This document shows positions 1 through 12,158 of a DNA stretch of 64,000 nt, one piece after another. This DNA is from Malacoraja senta (lineage: Eukaryota): NCBI GenBank assembly GCA_038087875.1, contig JAXLNO010000080.1, positions 1-64,000 on the forward strand, given 5' to 3'. The translations under genes and the position numbers were made by a program. How positions within the stretch are numbered: position 1 is the stretch's first letter; each line of letters begins with the position of its first letter. The notes under the pieces were generated by a model. It saw only the letters and a list, made by a program, of their open reading frames with translations. It made no database searches and was not told the origin of the DNA.

Positions 1-648
1 CCCCGCTCCTGCCTTCTCCCCATATCCCCTGACTCCGCTATCTTTAGGAGCCCTATCTAGCTCTCTCTTGAAAGTATCCAGAGAACTGGCCTCCACCGTC
101 CTCTGAGGCAGAGAATCCCACAGATTCACAACTCTCTGGGTGGAAATGTTTCTCCTCATCTCAGTCCCAAATGGCCACAGATTCATAACTCTCTGGGTGG
201 AAATGTTTCTCCTCGTCTCCGTTCTAAATGGCTTACTCCTTATTCTTAAACTGTGTGTGGCCCCTGGTTCTGGAGTACCCCAACATCGGGAACATGTTTC
301 CTGCCTCTAGCGTGTCCAAACCCTTAATAATCATATATGTTTCAATAAGATACCCTCTCATCCTTCTAAACTCCAGAGTGTACAAGCCCAGCCGCTCCAT
401 TATCTCAGCATATGACAGTCCCGCCAACCCGGGAATTAACCTGGTGAACCTACGCTGGGCTCCCTCAATAGCAAGAATGTTCTTCCTCAAATTTTGAGAC
501 CAAAACTGCACACAATACTCCAGGTGTGGTCTCACCAGGGCCCTGTACAACTGCAGAAGGACCTCTTTGCTCCTATACTCAACTCCTCTTGTTATGAAAG
601 CCAACAGGCCAAAACTGCACACCATACTCCAGGTGTGGTCTCACTAGG
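1..648 (-). mobile_element. CR1 LINE 3' fragment
   Basis: ORF 233-625 [18 protein letters not shown]...RRFTRLIPG, the CR1 ORF2 C-terminus. Confidence 0.9.
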
Positions 649-649
649 G

Positions 650-908
650 ATGGAGGGAGAGGGAGAGAGGGGCAGAGAGGGAGGGGGAGAGAGAGGGAGG
701 GGGAGAGAGAGAGAGGGGGAGAGAGAGAGAGAGAGGGAGAGAGAGAGGGAGAGAGAGAGGGAGAGGATGAAGGGGAGAGAGAGAGGCAGAGAAGGGGAGA
801 GAGGGAGGGGGAGAGAGACGCAGAGAGGGGGAGGGAGAGGGTGAGAGAAACGGGGAGAAAGAGGGAGGGGGAGAGAGAAGGAGGGGGAGAGGGGGAATGA
901 GGGAGAGA
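650..908. repeat. GA-rich low-complexity repeat
   Basis: (GA/GGA)n run. Confidence 0.95.
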
Positions 909-1436
909 TAGGTCAGCCATGGTTGCAAGGCGGAGTGGACTCGGTAAGTTGGCGATATGCAGAGTACTGCCCTGCTGACTACAAATTCAGAAAGGTCCAA
1001 TGGAGACAATGCCAAGTGGGGGCTAGCAGGAGTGAAATGGGACAAAGGGCCTTTTCCGGACGCTCTGGGCTCCCCGCATCCACCCCATTGTCCCGCAAGT
1101 TCGGCTTGGTGACTTTGGGGGAGTTATTGGGGCAAATGGTTTGGAAATGAGACAGAAATCGGCCTGCAAGGGCCAGATTAAGTGTGGATTTAGTGTGAGT
1201 TATACTTGACCCCAGTTTGACCAGTTTTATTCCCCCAGACGTGGTTTATGTGGAGATTGCCCTCAGCTCTCTCTCTCCCCCCCACACACATGTCCACACA
1301 CGTGACTGTACCGGCCTGTACTGTACTGGACTGTACTGTATGTGGTCATTGACCTCACTCACCCACTCACTTCTCCCCCACGTGACCCGATCCCGCACAA
1401 TCCGCTGCAGCCGCTGATCATCAGTTAGTTATTTAT

Positions 1437-2070
1437 TTACCTCAGGTCCGTCGGCAGCGACGTCACCAACTGACGCTTCTCCGCCCGCCCGCCGCCATTT
1501 TCATGCGGTCGACGGGGAGACTCGACCCCGGGGAGGGGGGGGAGGGGGGGGCGGAACCGGCGGGCGGGCGGCCATCTTGGTGAGGGGAGGTGAGGTCGGC
1601 GGGCGGGCGCGGGGTTGGCGGTTGGAGACGTGAGCGGGAACAAGATGAAGATGTACCGCCCTCCCCGCCCGCCCTGCGCCGTGACGTCCGTCCTCCCATC
1701 CCGCCCTGCGCCGTGACGTCCGCCCTCCCCGCCCGCCCTGCGCCGTGACGTCCGCCCTCCCCGCCCGCCCTGCGCCGTGACGTACGCCCTCCCTGCGCCG
1801 TGACGTCACCGGCGATCCGAGGGCGTGGCTTCAGCTGGCAGATGCTCGATGGCGGTTTGTTTTTAAATGTGAAGGCCGACACAAAATGGCGGCGAATGTG
1901 ATGATGATGCTGCTTCACACTGAAGGTAAAATGCTGCAGTCACTTGGTCATGGAGTGATAGAGAACAACAGGGAAGCGACCCGGGAGATGAGCGGCCATC
2001 TTGGTGAGGGCAGGTGAGGTCGGCAGCCGGCGGCCAGCTTGGTGAAGGCAGGTGAGGTCGGCGGTTGGAG
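1437..2070. promoter_or_regulatory. CpG-island-like promoter with YY1, GC-box and CRE motifs; candidate first exons on both strands
   Basis: CpG-dense; GCCATTTT/GCCATCTT/AAAATGGCG motifs near 1494, 1571, 1883 and 1995; minus-strand donor GAG|GTAAAT at 1440; plus-strand donor AAG|GTAAAA at 1926. Confidence 0.6.
1656..1808. repeat. 32-bp minisatellite (about 4.7 units) CCGCCCTCCCCGCCCGCCCTGCGCCGTGACGT
   Basis: GTGACGT at 1681, 1713, 1745, 1777 and 1800. Confidence 0.9.
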
Positions 2071-2081
2071 CTTTGGGCGGA

Positions 2082-2414
2082 TGGTTTTGGGTGGGTGAGG
2101 GTGGTTTCAGGTGCGTGAGGGTGGTTTCGGGTGGGTATGGGTGGTTTCGAGTGGCTTTGGGTGGGTGTGGTGGTTGAGGGTGGGTGAGGGTGGTTTCGGG
2201 TGTGTGTGGGTGATTGAGGGTGGGTGAGGGTGGTTTCGGGTGATTGAGGGTGGGTGAGGGTGGTTTCGGGTGGGTGTGGGTGATTGAGGGTGGGTGAGGG
2301 CGGTGCTGGGTGGGTGAGGGTGTGTGTGGGTGGTTTCGGGTGGGTGTGGGTGGATGAGGGTGGGTGTGGGTGTATGAGGATGGTTTTGTGGGTGGTTTCT
2401 GGTGAGGGCGGTTT
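2082..2414. repeat. G/T-rich degenerate tandem repeat (GGGTGGGTGAGGGTGGTTTC-like); resumes at 14314-14457
   Basis: Same unit on both sides of the nested TE stack. Confidence 0.85.
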
Positions 2415-2501
2415 CATAGAAACATAGACAATTGGTGCAGGAGTAGGCCATTCGGCCCTTCGAGCCAGCACCGCCATTCAATGTGATCATGGCTGATCAT
2501 C

Positions 2502-3073
2502 TGTTCGATGACGTTGAGCTTGGCGGTGGTAAGGCCTTCAACATTGAGCTGCAGTAGCGCTAAACCTCGACAGTTGGCGGCATTTAACGGTGCCGCCTGG
2601 CCTGGGGAGGCATGGCTTTCAGCGGTCTGCAGACGTGGTAAAGATATTGGTTTCGCTTTGTGGGCTTATGATCCTGTAAGCTACTCGTAGAGGAGGCCGC
2701 GTAGAGGCTGTCTTTGACCAGATGGTCAAGACGAGATGGAGAGACCAGTTGAAGTCAGCGGAAACATCTAGGCTACACCATTACATCGATGACCCCATGG
2801 ACGTCCGTGGCCAGGACCTGCCCCGAAAGCAGTGGACAACCCTCAACCACTTGAGGACAGGCGTCTTGAGGACGCTATGGAGTAGTGATGAAGAGGTGTG
2901 GGCCTCGTGGACAGCGAGCGCCTCCTGCGAGTGTGGGGACCCAACACAGACAGTGGAGCACACATCGGCCACCGAACGGTGAACGAGGTATGATTGACCT
3001 GGTTGATGATACGTTGGCCTGGCTCGCCTCAACAGAGCTGCAGGTCTAAAAGACACACGACAGAAGAAGAAGT
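2502..3073 (+). mobile_element. 5'-truncated Vingi/Ingi-like LINE with (GAA)n tail and 12-bp TSD
   Basis: TSD TGGCTGATCATC at 2490-2501 and 3074-3085; LPRKQWTTLNHLRTG...CECGDPTQTVEH zinc-knuckle C-terminus. Confidence 0.7.
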
Positions 3074-6000
3074 TGGCTGATCATCCAACTCAGTATCCTG
3101 TACCTGCCTTCCCTCCATACCCCCTGATCCCTTTAGCCACAAGGGCCACATCTAACTCCCTCTTAAATATAGCCAATGAACTGGCCTCAACTAACTTCTG
3201 TGGCAGAGAATTCCACAGATTCACCACTCTCTGTGTGAAAAAAAAAGTTTTTCTCATCTCGGTCCTAAAAGACGTCCCCCTTATCCTTAAACTGTGACCC
3301 CTTGTTCTGGACTTCCCCAACATCGGGTTCAGTCTTCCTGCATCTAGCCTGTCCAACCCCTGAAGAATTTTGTAAGTTTCATAGATACATAGAAAATAGG
3401 TGCAGGAGTAGGCCATTCGGCCCTTCGAGCCTGCACCGCCATTCAATATGATCATGGCTGATCATCCAACTCAGTATCCCGTACCTGCCTTCTCTCCATA
3501 CCCCCTGATCCCTTTAGCCACAAGGGCCACATCTAACTCCCTCTTAAATATAGCCAATGAACTGGCGTCAACTACCCTCTGTGGCAGAGAGTTCCAGAGA
3601 TTCACCACTCTCTGTGTGAAAAAGTTTTTCCTCATCTCGGTCTTAAAGGATTTCCCCCTTATCCTTAAGCTGTGACCCCTTGTCCTGGACTTCCCCAACA
3701 TCGGGAACAATCTTCCTGCATCTAGCCTGTCCAACCCCATAAGAATTTTGTACGTTTCTATAAGATCCCCTCTCAATCTCCTAAATTCTAGCGAGTATAA
3801 GCTAAGTCTATCCAGTCTTTCTTCATATGAAAGTCCTGACATCCCAGGAATCAGTCTGGTGAACCTTCTCTGCACTCCCTCTATGGCTATAATGTCCTTC
3901 CTCAGATTTGGAGACCAAAACTGTACGCAATACTCCAGGTGTGGTCTCACCAAGACCCTGTACAACTGCAGTAGAACCTCCCTGCTCCTATACTCAAATC
4001 CTCTTGCTATGAAGGCCAACATACCATTCGCTTTCTTCACTGCCTGCTGCACCTGCATGCCTACTTTCAATGATTGGTGTACCATGACACCCAGGTCTCG
4101 CTGCACCTCCCCATTTCCTAATCGGCCACCATTTAGATAATAGTCTGCCTTCCCGTTTTTGCCACCAAAGTGGATAACCTCACATTTATCCACATTATAC
4201 TGCATCTGCCAAAGATTTGCCCACTCACCCAGCCTATCCAAGTCACCTTGCAGTCTCCTAGCATCCTCCTCACAGCTAACACTGCCCCCCAGCTTAGTGT
4301 CATCCGCAAACTTGGAGATGTTGCTTTCAATTCCCTCGTCCAGATCATTAATATAAATTGTAAATAGCTGGGGTCCCAGCACTGAGCCTTGCGGTACCCC
4401 AGTAGTCACTGCCTGCCATTGTGAAAAGGACCCGTTTACTCCTACTCTTTGCTTCCTGTTTGCCAGCCAGTTCTCTATCCACATCAATACTGAACCCCCA
4501 ATACCGTGTGATTTAAGTTTGTATCCTAATCTCTTATGTGGTACCTTGTCGAAAGCCTTCTGAAAGTCCAGATACAACACATCCACTGGTTCTCCCCTAT
4601 CCACTCTACTAGTTACATCCTCGAAAAATTCTACAAGATTCGTCAGACACGATTTACCTTTCGTAAATCCATGCTGACTTTGTCCAATGATTTCACCACT
4701 TTCCAAATGTGCTGCTATCCCATCTTTAATAACTGACTCTAGCAGTTTCCCCACTACCGATGTTAGACTAACTGGTCTGTAATTCCCCGTTTTCTCTCTC
4801 CCTCCCTTCTTAAAAAGTGGGGTTACGTTTGCTACCCTCCAATCCTCAGGAACTACTCCAGAATCTAAAGAATTTTGAAAAATTATCACTAATGCATCCA
4901 CTATTTCTGGAGCTACTTCCTTAAGTACTCTGGGATGCAGCCTATCTGGCCCTGGTGATTTATCGGCCTTTAATCCATTCAATTTACCCAACACCACTTC
5001 CCGACTAACCTGGATTTCACTCAGTTCCTCCATCTCCTTTGACCCCCTGCTATTTCCGGCAGATTATTTATGCCTTCCTTAGTGAAGACGGAACCAAAGT
5101 AGTTATTCAATTGGTCCGCCATATCCTTGTTCCCCATGATCAATTCACCTGTTTCTGACTGCAAGGGACCTACATTTGTTTTAACTAATCTCTTTCTCTT
5201 CACATATCTATAAAAACTTTTGCAGTCAGTTTTTATGTTCCCTGCCAGTTTCCTTTCATAATCTATTTTCCCTTTCCTAATTAAGCCCTTTGTCCTCCTC
5301 TGCTGGTCTCTGAATTTCTCCCAGTCCTCTGGTATGCTGCTTTTTCTGGCTAATTTGTACGCATCATCTTTTGCTTTGATACTATCCCTGATTTCCCTTG
5401 TTATCCACGGATGCACTACCTTCCCTGATTTATTCTTTTGCCAAACTGGGATGAACAATTTTTGTAGTTCATCCATGCAGTCTTTAAATGCCTTCCATTG
5501 CATATCCACCGTCAACCCTTTTAGAACTAATTGCCAGTCAATCTTGGCCAATTCACATCTCATACCCTCAAAGTTACCTTTCTTTAAGTTCAGAACCGTT
5601 GTTTCTGAATTAACAATGTCACTCTCCATCCTAATGAAGAACTCAACCATATTATGGTCACTCTTGCCCAAGGGGGCACGCACAACAAGTCTGCTAACTA
5701 ACCCTTCCTCATTACTCAATACCCAGTCTAGAATAGCCTGCTCTCTCGTTGGTTCCTCTACATGTTGGTTTAGATAACTATCCCTCATACATTCCAAGAA
5801 ATCCTCTTCCTCAGCACCCCTGCCAATTTGATTCACCCAATCTATATGTAGATTGAAGTCACCCATTATAACTGTTTTGCCTTTGTTGCACGCATTTCTA
5901 ATTTCCTGTTTGATGCCATCCCCAACTTCACTACTACTGCTAGGTGGCCTGTACACAACACCCACCAGCGTTTTCTGCCCCTTAGTATTTCGTAGCTCTA

Positions 6001-6490
6001 CCCATACCGATTCCACATCCTCCAAGCTAATGTCCTTCCTTTCCACTGCGTTAATCTCCTCTCTTTTTTTTTTTTTTTTTTTTTATTTTTTTTTAATAAA
6101 TTTTTATTTATTAGAAGTACATTACATCACAGCCACATACATTAATACTCGTCATTTATATCTTCTTACAATTAATGTACTCCCTTTATTTATTTTTTTA
6201 CACTAAAGAAAGAAAAGATTGAAAGAGAAGAAAGTGAAGGAAAAAGTGCAAGTGTAGAAAAGTGTAGAAAATGTAACAACAAAAAAGGACGAAGACCCTA
6301 TGAGAGCGAAATTAAAAACAAAAAGAAAAAGAGTTAAGAAATAGGCCCTAAGAAAAGAAAAGAGAAAGAGAAAAAAAGAAAAACAAATGTTTTTTTTTGA
6401 GCATCACGTAAATAGGACATACCAACTCTTCAACTATCATCCCCCCTTACCCGACCTCAATTTTTTATTTTTTTAAAGTACTTTTGCACC

Positions 6491-9400
6491 CTATGTTTGT
6501 AATAATTCTATAAATGCAGACCACGTCAGGTGGAAGTGATCTGGTTTACCTGCTAGGAGGAGTCTTATCTCTTCAAGGTGTAGTGTTTCAAACATATTTG
6601 AAATCCACATATTTATAGTTGGTATTGGAGCCTTCTTCCAAAATTTTAGAATTAGCTTTTTTCCAGTTATTAACCCATAATCCATTAATTTCTTTTGAAA
6701 CACATTTAGTTCTGGATCGTCTTCCGTTATTCCGAAGATAATCCATTCTGCTTTGGGTATCAGTCTTGTTTTAAATAACTTTGTAAAGATTTCAAAAATT
6801 TCATTCCAAAATTTTTGAATTTTTGTACAGAAGACAAATGAGTGCGCTATAGTTGCTTCTTGGGATTGACATTTATCACAAATAGATGATACGTTTGGGA
6901 AAATTTTATGAATTTTAGTTTTCGAATAATATAATCTATGTAAAATTTTAAATTGTATTAAAGTGTGTCTTACATTAATCGAGCATTTATGTACTTTTAA
7001 TAAGTATTCATTCCAACTTTCCTTTGAAATTTTAATAGCTAACTCTTGTTCCCAGTCTCTTCTGATACCCTCCGTAGATGGTATTTGTACATTTAAGATA
7101 ATATTGTACAAATATGATATTAAGTTTGCTGATTCCGCTTTTATCTGCATTGCCTCGTCCAGTATATCTGCTGGGTTATTATGATGATCTTTTATATATT
7201 TTTTCAAATAGTCGCATATTTGAAAGTATTTAAAATATTGATTATTTCCGAGTTTATATTTTATTTGTAATTGTTGAAATGAAAGTAATTTTCCAGTTTC
7301 ATACAAGTCACCAAGCGTTTTAATTCCTAGTCTATCCCATTGTGTATAAGCTTTATCTATAATAGAAGGACTAAACGAAGGGTTATTGACTATAGGTAAT
7401 AAAAGTGATAAGTTTCTTAATTTTAAATTTTGTTTTATTTGTTTCCAAATACGGATTGTACTATGAATAATTGGGTTCTTATTATAGTTTATGTTATTCA
7501 ATTTCATTGGAGAGAGGAGGATCGCTCCAATGTTTCTAGAGGAGCAATCCTCTTTCTCCATTGCAATCCAGTCTACTTGCTGGGCGGAGTTATCCATCAG
7601 TTGAATCATGTTTTTAATATTTACTGACCAATAATAATACATAAAATTGGGTAGTGCTAGACCCCCCAATACTTTAGATTTATTCAGATGGGTTTTTTGT
7701 ATTCTATGTGATTTATAGTCCCATATAAAATTAGTGATATCTGAGTCGAGTTTTTTAAAAAACTTCTTAGGTAAGTATATAGGAATTGATTGAAATAGGT
7801 ATAAAATTTGTGGTAAAAAGATCATTTTTATTGCGTTTATTCGGCCTATTAAAGACATCGGAAGCGTTTTCCAGAATTTAATTAATGTATTCAGTTTATT
7901 AAGTAGGGGGTCAAAATTTGCCCTGAGCATACCTTGATATGCTCTGGTAATTTCGATTCCCAAATATTTAAATTTTTCTGTAGCTATTTTAAAAGGGAAT
8001 TTTAAAAGATGTGTTGAATCTTTCGGTTTTATTGACATAATTTCACTTTTATTCCAATTTATTCTATATCCAGAAAAAGATCCGAAGTCTTCAATTAAAT
8101 TTAATATATTTGGTATAGTGATTTGAGGTTTTGTAATATACAATAATATATCATCCGCGTATAAAGATATTTTATTATATGAGTCTTTAGTATTATATCC
8201 ATGAATATCAGGGTGTATTCTAATTTTTTCTGCTAGCGGTTCAATAATGAGAGCAAACAGCTGTGGTGATAATGAGCATCCTTGTCTATTTCCCCTTGAT
8301 AGTTGAAATTTCGAGGATAATATGTTATTAGTAAGTATTCTAGCTGTAGGTTTGTTATATAGTAACTTAATCCATAAAATAAAATTCTCTCCCAGTTGAA
8401 ATTTTTGTAATACTTTATCCATATAATTCCATTCTACTTGATCAAATGCTTTTTCAGCATCCAGCGAAATAATTGATAATTCTTGATCTTCAGATTTGTG
8501 TGAGTGCATTATGTTGAGTAGACGTCTCATATTATTAGAAGAGTATCTCTTAGGGATAAACCCTGTCTGATCTGGGTTTATTAATTTACTAATGTATTTA
8601 CTTAATCTTCTGGCTAATGTTTTCGCTAATATTTTTTGATCTGTGTTTAACAATGCTATAGCTCTATATGAGCCAGGTTCTTCTAAATCCTTATTTTTCT
8701 TAGGTATTAATGTAATCGTTGATTCCGCTAATGTATCAGGTAGTATTCGTTTTTTAAAAGCGTATTGGTACATTTTTTGTAATCTTGGTATTATTTTATC
8801 ATAAAAGTTTTTATAAAATTCATTAGTAAATCCATCAGGGCCTGGTGTTTTTCCATTTTTTAGTGAGTTTATTGTATCTTCTAATTCCTTAATTGAGATT
8901 TGTGCACCCAGTTCCTCTTGTTCCTTCAGCTCTAACTTTGGAAGATTACAGGTATCCAAGAACTTTGTGATATTATTGGAATCAATTATCGTTTTAGATG
9001 TATACAAATTCTCGTAAAATTGCGCAAATCTTTTATTAATATCCTTCGGTGTTGTTAATAATTCCCCTTTATCTGATTTGATCTTTGGTATAGTATGTTC
9101 CTTTTCTCGTTTTTTTAGCTGGCGAGCCAAAAGTTTATGCGGTTTATCCCCAAATTCAAAGTGCTCTTGTTTTGTAATTTGAAAAAGTCTTATAAGTTTG
9201 GCAGATAATAATTTATTTAATTTAAATTTTAAAATTATTATTTTATTATGTTTATCTATTGATGGATCTTTAGCATTATCTATATCCATTTGTCTAATAA
9301 GTTCTTCTAACTGTCTTTGTTCATTCTTATTCTTTTTATTTTGAAAAGCTTGATATGAAATTATAATACCCCTAATGTATGCTTTAAAAGATTCCCAAAG

Positions 9401-10282
9401 TAAAGTAGGCGATATATCTGAAGTATCATTTGTTTGAAAAAAGACCTCCATTTGTTCTTTTAAATATATACTCGCTTGTGGATCTTTTAAAATTTGAGAG
9501 TTAAATCTCCAGAATGAATTATTCTTAGACAATCCTTCCAGTTTTAAAAAGAAAGTTAGTGGAGAATGGTCTGAAATTGAATTTGTATGATATATTGCAT
9601 TAGATGTTTGGGGGATTAATTTTGTATCCAGCAGAAAGTAGTCTATACGTGAGTATGTCTTATGTACCATTGAGTAAAACGAATATTCCCTGCCAGTTGG
9701 ATTCACAATTCTCCAAACATCTGCTATATTAGTGTTGTTTATGTAGGTATTGAGGAGTTCCCCAGTTTTCGATTTCATATTCCCTCTCTGTTTTTGACTT
9801 GATTTATCTAAGTACGGGTCTAAAACACAGTTAAAGTCTCCGCCTATTATAACATTTTGATAGTTTGACTCTGCAATTATATTGAAGATTTTATTGAAAA
9901 AGTGGGGGTTATCAAAGTTAGGGGCATATATATTTACCAAAGTAAGTGGAATGTCATGGATTTCTCCATTAACTATTAGGTATCTCCCTTCTATATCTGT
10001 TATAATATTCTTTGCTTTAAATGGTATACCTTTTCTTATGATAATTGACGTGCCTCTAGATTTTGAAGTGAATGAAGAGTGGTATGTTTGACCTATCCAT
10101 TTCGCCCTCAGCCTAACTTGGTCCTGAGGTTTTAGGTGTGTTTCTTGTAGGAAGGTAATGTCAGAATTATACATTTTTAGCTGAGCTAATATCTTACCCC
10201 TTTTGATAGGTTCATTAATACCTCTTATATTCCAACTACAAAATGAGACTCCTCCTAGGTTCTTTTGTGTGGTGTCATGCAT
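6491..10282 (-). CDS. L1 ORF2p (APE endonuclease, reverse transcriptase, CCHC), 1263 aa
   Basis: SWNIRG, LQETH, GGDFN, SDH; QGCSLSP, LYADD; CDKC...HSFVFC. Confidence 0.97.
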   Translation of the reverse strand: MHDTTQKNLGGVSFCSWNIRGINEPIKRGKILAQLKMYNSDITFLQETHLKPQDQVRLRAKWIGQTYHSSFTSKSRGTSIIIRKGIPFKAKNIITDIEGRYLIVNGEIHDIPLTLVNIYAPNFDNPHFFNKIFNIIAESNYQNVIIGGDFNCVLDPYLDKSSQKQRGNMKSKTGELLNTYINNTNIADVWRIVNPTGREYSFYSMVHKTYSRIDYFLLDTKLIPQTSNAIYHTNSISDHSPLTFFLKLEGLSKNNSFWRFNSQILKDPQASIYLKEQMEVFFQTNDTSDISPTLLWESFKAYIRGIIISYQAFQNKKNKNEQRQLEELIRQMDIDNAKDPSIDKHNKIIILKFKLNKLLSAKLIRLFQITKQEHFEFGDKPHKLLARQLKKREKEHTIPKIKSDKGELLTTPKDINKRFAQFYENLYTSKTIIDSNNITKFLDTCNLPKLELKEQEELGAQISIKELEDTINSLKNGKTPGPDGFTNEFYKNFYDKIIPRLQKMYQYAFKKRILPDTLAESTITLIPKKNKDLEEPGSYRAIALLNTDQKILAKTLARRLSKYISKLINPDQTGFIPKRYSSNNMRRLLNIMHSHKSEDQELSIISLDAEKAFDQVEWNYMDKVLQKFQLGENFILWIKLLYNKPTARILTNNILSSKFQLSRGNRQGCSLSPQLFALIIEPLAEKIRIHPDIHGYNTKDSYNKISLYADDILLYITKPQITIPNILNLIEDFGSFSGYRINWNKSEIMSIKPKDSTHLLKFPFKIATEKFKYLGIEITRAYQGMLRANFDPLLNKLNTLIKFWKTLPMSLIGRINAIKMIFLPQILYLFQSIPIYLPKKFFKKLDSDITNFIWDYKSHRIQKTHLNKSKVLGGLALPNFMYYYWSVNIKNMIQLMDNSAQQVDWIAMEKEDCSSRNIGAILLSPMKLNNINYNKNPIIHSTIRIWKQIKQNLKLRNLSLLLPIVNNPSFSPSIIDKAYTQWDRLGIKTLGDLYETGKLLSFQQLQIKYKLGNNQYFKYFQICDYLKKYIKDHHNNPADILDEAMQIKAESANLISYLYNIILNVQIPSTEGIRRDWEQELAIKISKESWNEYLLKVHKCSINVRHTLIQFKILHRLYYSKTKIHKIFPNVSSICDKCQSQEATIAHSFVFCTKIQKFWNEIFEIFTKLFKTRLIPKAEWIIFGITEDDPELNVFQKKLMDYGLITGKKLILKFWKKAPIPTINMWISNMFETLHLEEIRLLLAGKPDHFHLTWSAFIELLQT

Positions 10283-11087
10283 TTTGAATAATTATAGTAC
10301 CTTTGAATCTTGTGGTGCGTCCATATCCCAGGTCTTTAGGTATTGGGGGAGTTTTTGAGTTATTAACTTTTGTTGGTATGTCCATATTATTCTTATCACT
10401 AAACACAAAACACAAACAAGTGATTTTATGTAATAAAAAAAAAACTAAAAAAGTGAGGCTACAGTGTCTATAGTCGGCACTGTAGCAAGTGACCCACCTG
10501 TAGGTGGGAAAAACCTTATTTTGACTTCCATTGCGTTGTTGCTCAACTCGCTCCGCTCTCTTAGTTAATCATAACATATTAAAATATTAAAACGAGGCCT
10601 CACATTCATATATATAATACAATTTTACCCTGATATTTCCTTATAACATATATATATATCAGAGTTTAATTATTAAACCAATATTTTTGATTTCAATAAG
10701 AATCAGCTGTTGGTTGAAGGGGTTAACGAGACGTGCTCCTGGACATAAGCCAGGAGCTCGTTTCTCATCCCCTCCTCCCGCTTATAGACAAGGTTACAAT
10801 TTATTAAAAATTCATATTAGTATGTTAGTTCATTATTTTTTTGTTTTTTTTTGTTAGTATTCTAATCTAACCTGCATAACTTTTAAAGTTGTTAATAGGA
10901 TAAGTTCTTACAATTGGTTATAACATTTTAATCAATAAGCAATTATTTTCTAATTCATATCCCGTTATAAAGTTGTTTACACGTTTTGAACAGAAAATGT
11001 CCTTGCTTCAACATTCCGGAGATAACAATGTAACTATCCCCAGACAAAACATAGCTGAGAATTATTCGGATCTGCCAAAGCTCCCTT

Positions 11088-12158
11088 TTATTTCTGTCTT
11101 TCAACAATCGTTTGGGCATATTTGAAAGCGTCTTCAGGCTTAACAAATGACTTTTCAAGACCATTAAAAGAAATACGCATTTTAGCGGGATAAAAAACCC
11201 CGAATCTGACCCCTTCTCTCCCTCTTAAAAGATCTTTAACCTTATCAAATTTGTTTCTTTTTTGCACAATTTCATGTGGGTAGTCCCTGAATATCTTAAT
11301 AGTGTCTTTGTCCAGCCGTAATTGTACACCATATTTGATTTTTGTCATAACATATTCCAGTTCTGCAGTGTCTCGAAATTTCACTATAATATGTCGTGGA
11401 TAAGCTTTTCCCGCATCAAATCTTTTTCCAAATCTTGGGACACGATGAGCCACTTCGATTTTCGGTTCCTTGGGAAGATTCAACAGTTGTTTCAACAAGC
11501 CCATGGCAAATTCACGTACCTGTTCCCCTTCTGCCCCCTCTGAAACACCAAGAATCCTCAGATTCTGGCGTCTAGAACGAGCTTCCAGGTCCAGGCATTT
11601 GAATGAGACTTTCTCTAATTGAGTCCCCATTTGTAGTGATGCTTGTTCGTTTTCTCGCCTCATTTGCTCATGTTCTTGCCTCAATTTCGCCATGTCTTCA
11701 ACCAGTCGTGCCGTATTTTTCTCCAATTCCGTAATTGTCTGCATACTTGCAGCTACTGTTTCAAGTACAGCCGTGAACTTATCCGTAGTAATTACATCCA
11801 TCTTATCCATTTTCTCTGATAGTCCATCTTTCACCTCATCAATTCGTTTATTCATAGTGTCCAGTAAATCCGTCATATTCTTCTGGTTACCAGCATTTAA
11901 ATCCTTCATCATCTTCTGCATTCCTTCCATCATTTTTGCCGAATTTTCCTTCATTTCCTTCTTATCTTCCACCCTATTATCCGAGATCTCATCTTTCAAA
12001 TTTTTCATTGATTTTTTCAAGTCATCAAAGTCTTTCTTAGATCTTGTATCCATTTCTGCAGCCACTTCAGAGACTTCAGAGGTAACTTCAGTTTCGAACT
12101 GTTTCGACAGTTTATTCACAGCTCTCTGAGGGCTCACAGCTGGAGTCAATTTACTCAT
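11088..12158 (-). CDS. L1 ORF1p (coiled coil + RRM + CTD), 356 aa
   Basis: DLEARSRRQNLRILGVSEG, AHRV, PRHIIVKF and FYPAKMRI motifs. Confidence 0.93.
   Translation of the reverse strand: MSKLTPAVSPQRAVNKLSKQFETEVTSEVSEVAAEMDTRSKKDFDDLKKSMKNLKDEISDNRVEDKKEMKENSAKMMEGMQKMMKDLNAGNQKNMTDLLDTMNKRIDEVKDGLSEKMDKMDVITTDKFTAVLETVAASMQTITELEKNTARLVEDMAKLRQEHEQMRRENEQASLQMGTQLEKVSFKCLDLEARSRRQNLRILGVSEGAEGEQVREFAMGLLKQLLNLPKEPKIEVAHRVPRFGKRFDAGKAYPRHIIVKFRDTAELEYVMTKIKYGVQLRLDKDTIKIFRDYPHEIVQKRNKFDKVKDLLRGREGVRFGVFYPAKMRISFNGLEKSFVKPEDAFKYAQTIVERQK

Noticed and set aside
494..1045. E/R/G- and S/P/L-rich ORFs
   Set aside because: Translations of the GA low-complexity repeat
1863..2490. H/P/T-rich minus-strand ORFs
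   Set aside because: Translations of the G/T tandem repeat plus a CR1 tail
3748..5777. Plus-strand ORFs opposite CR1 ORF2
   Set aside because: Antisense shadows that recur in every CR1 copy
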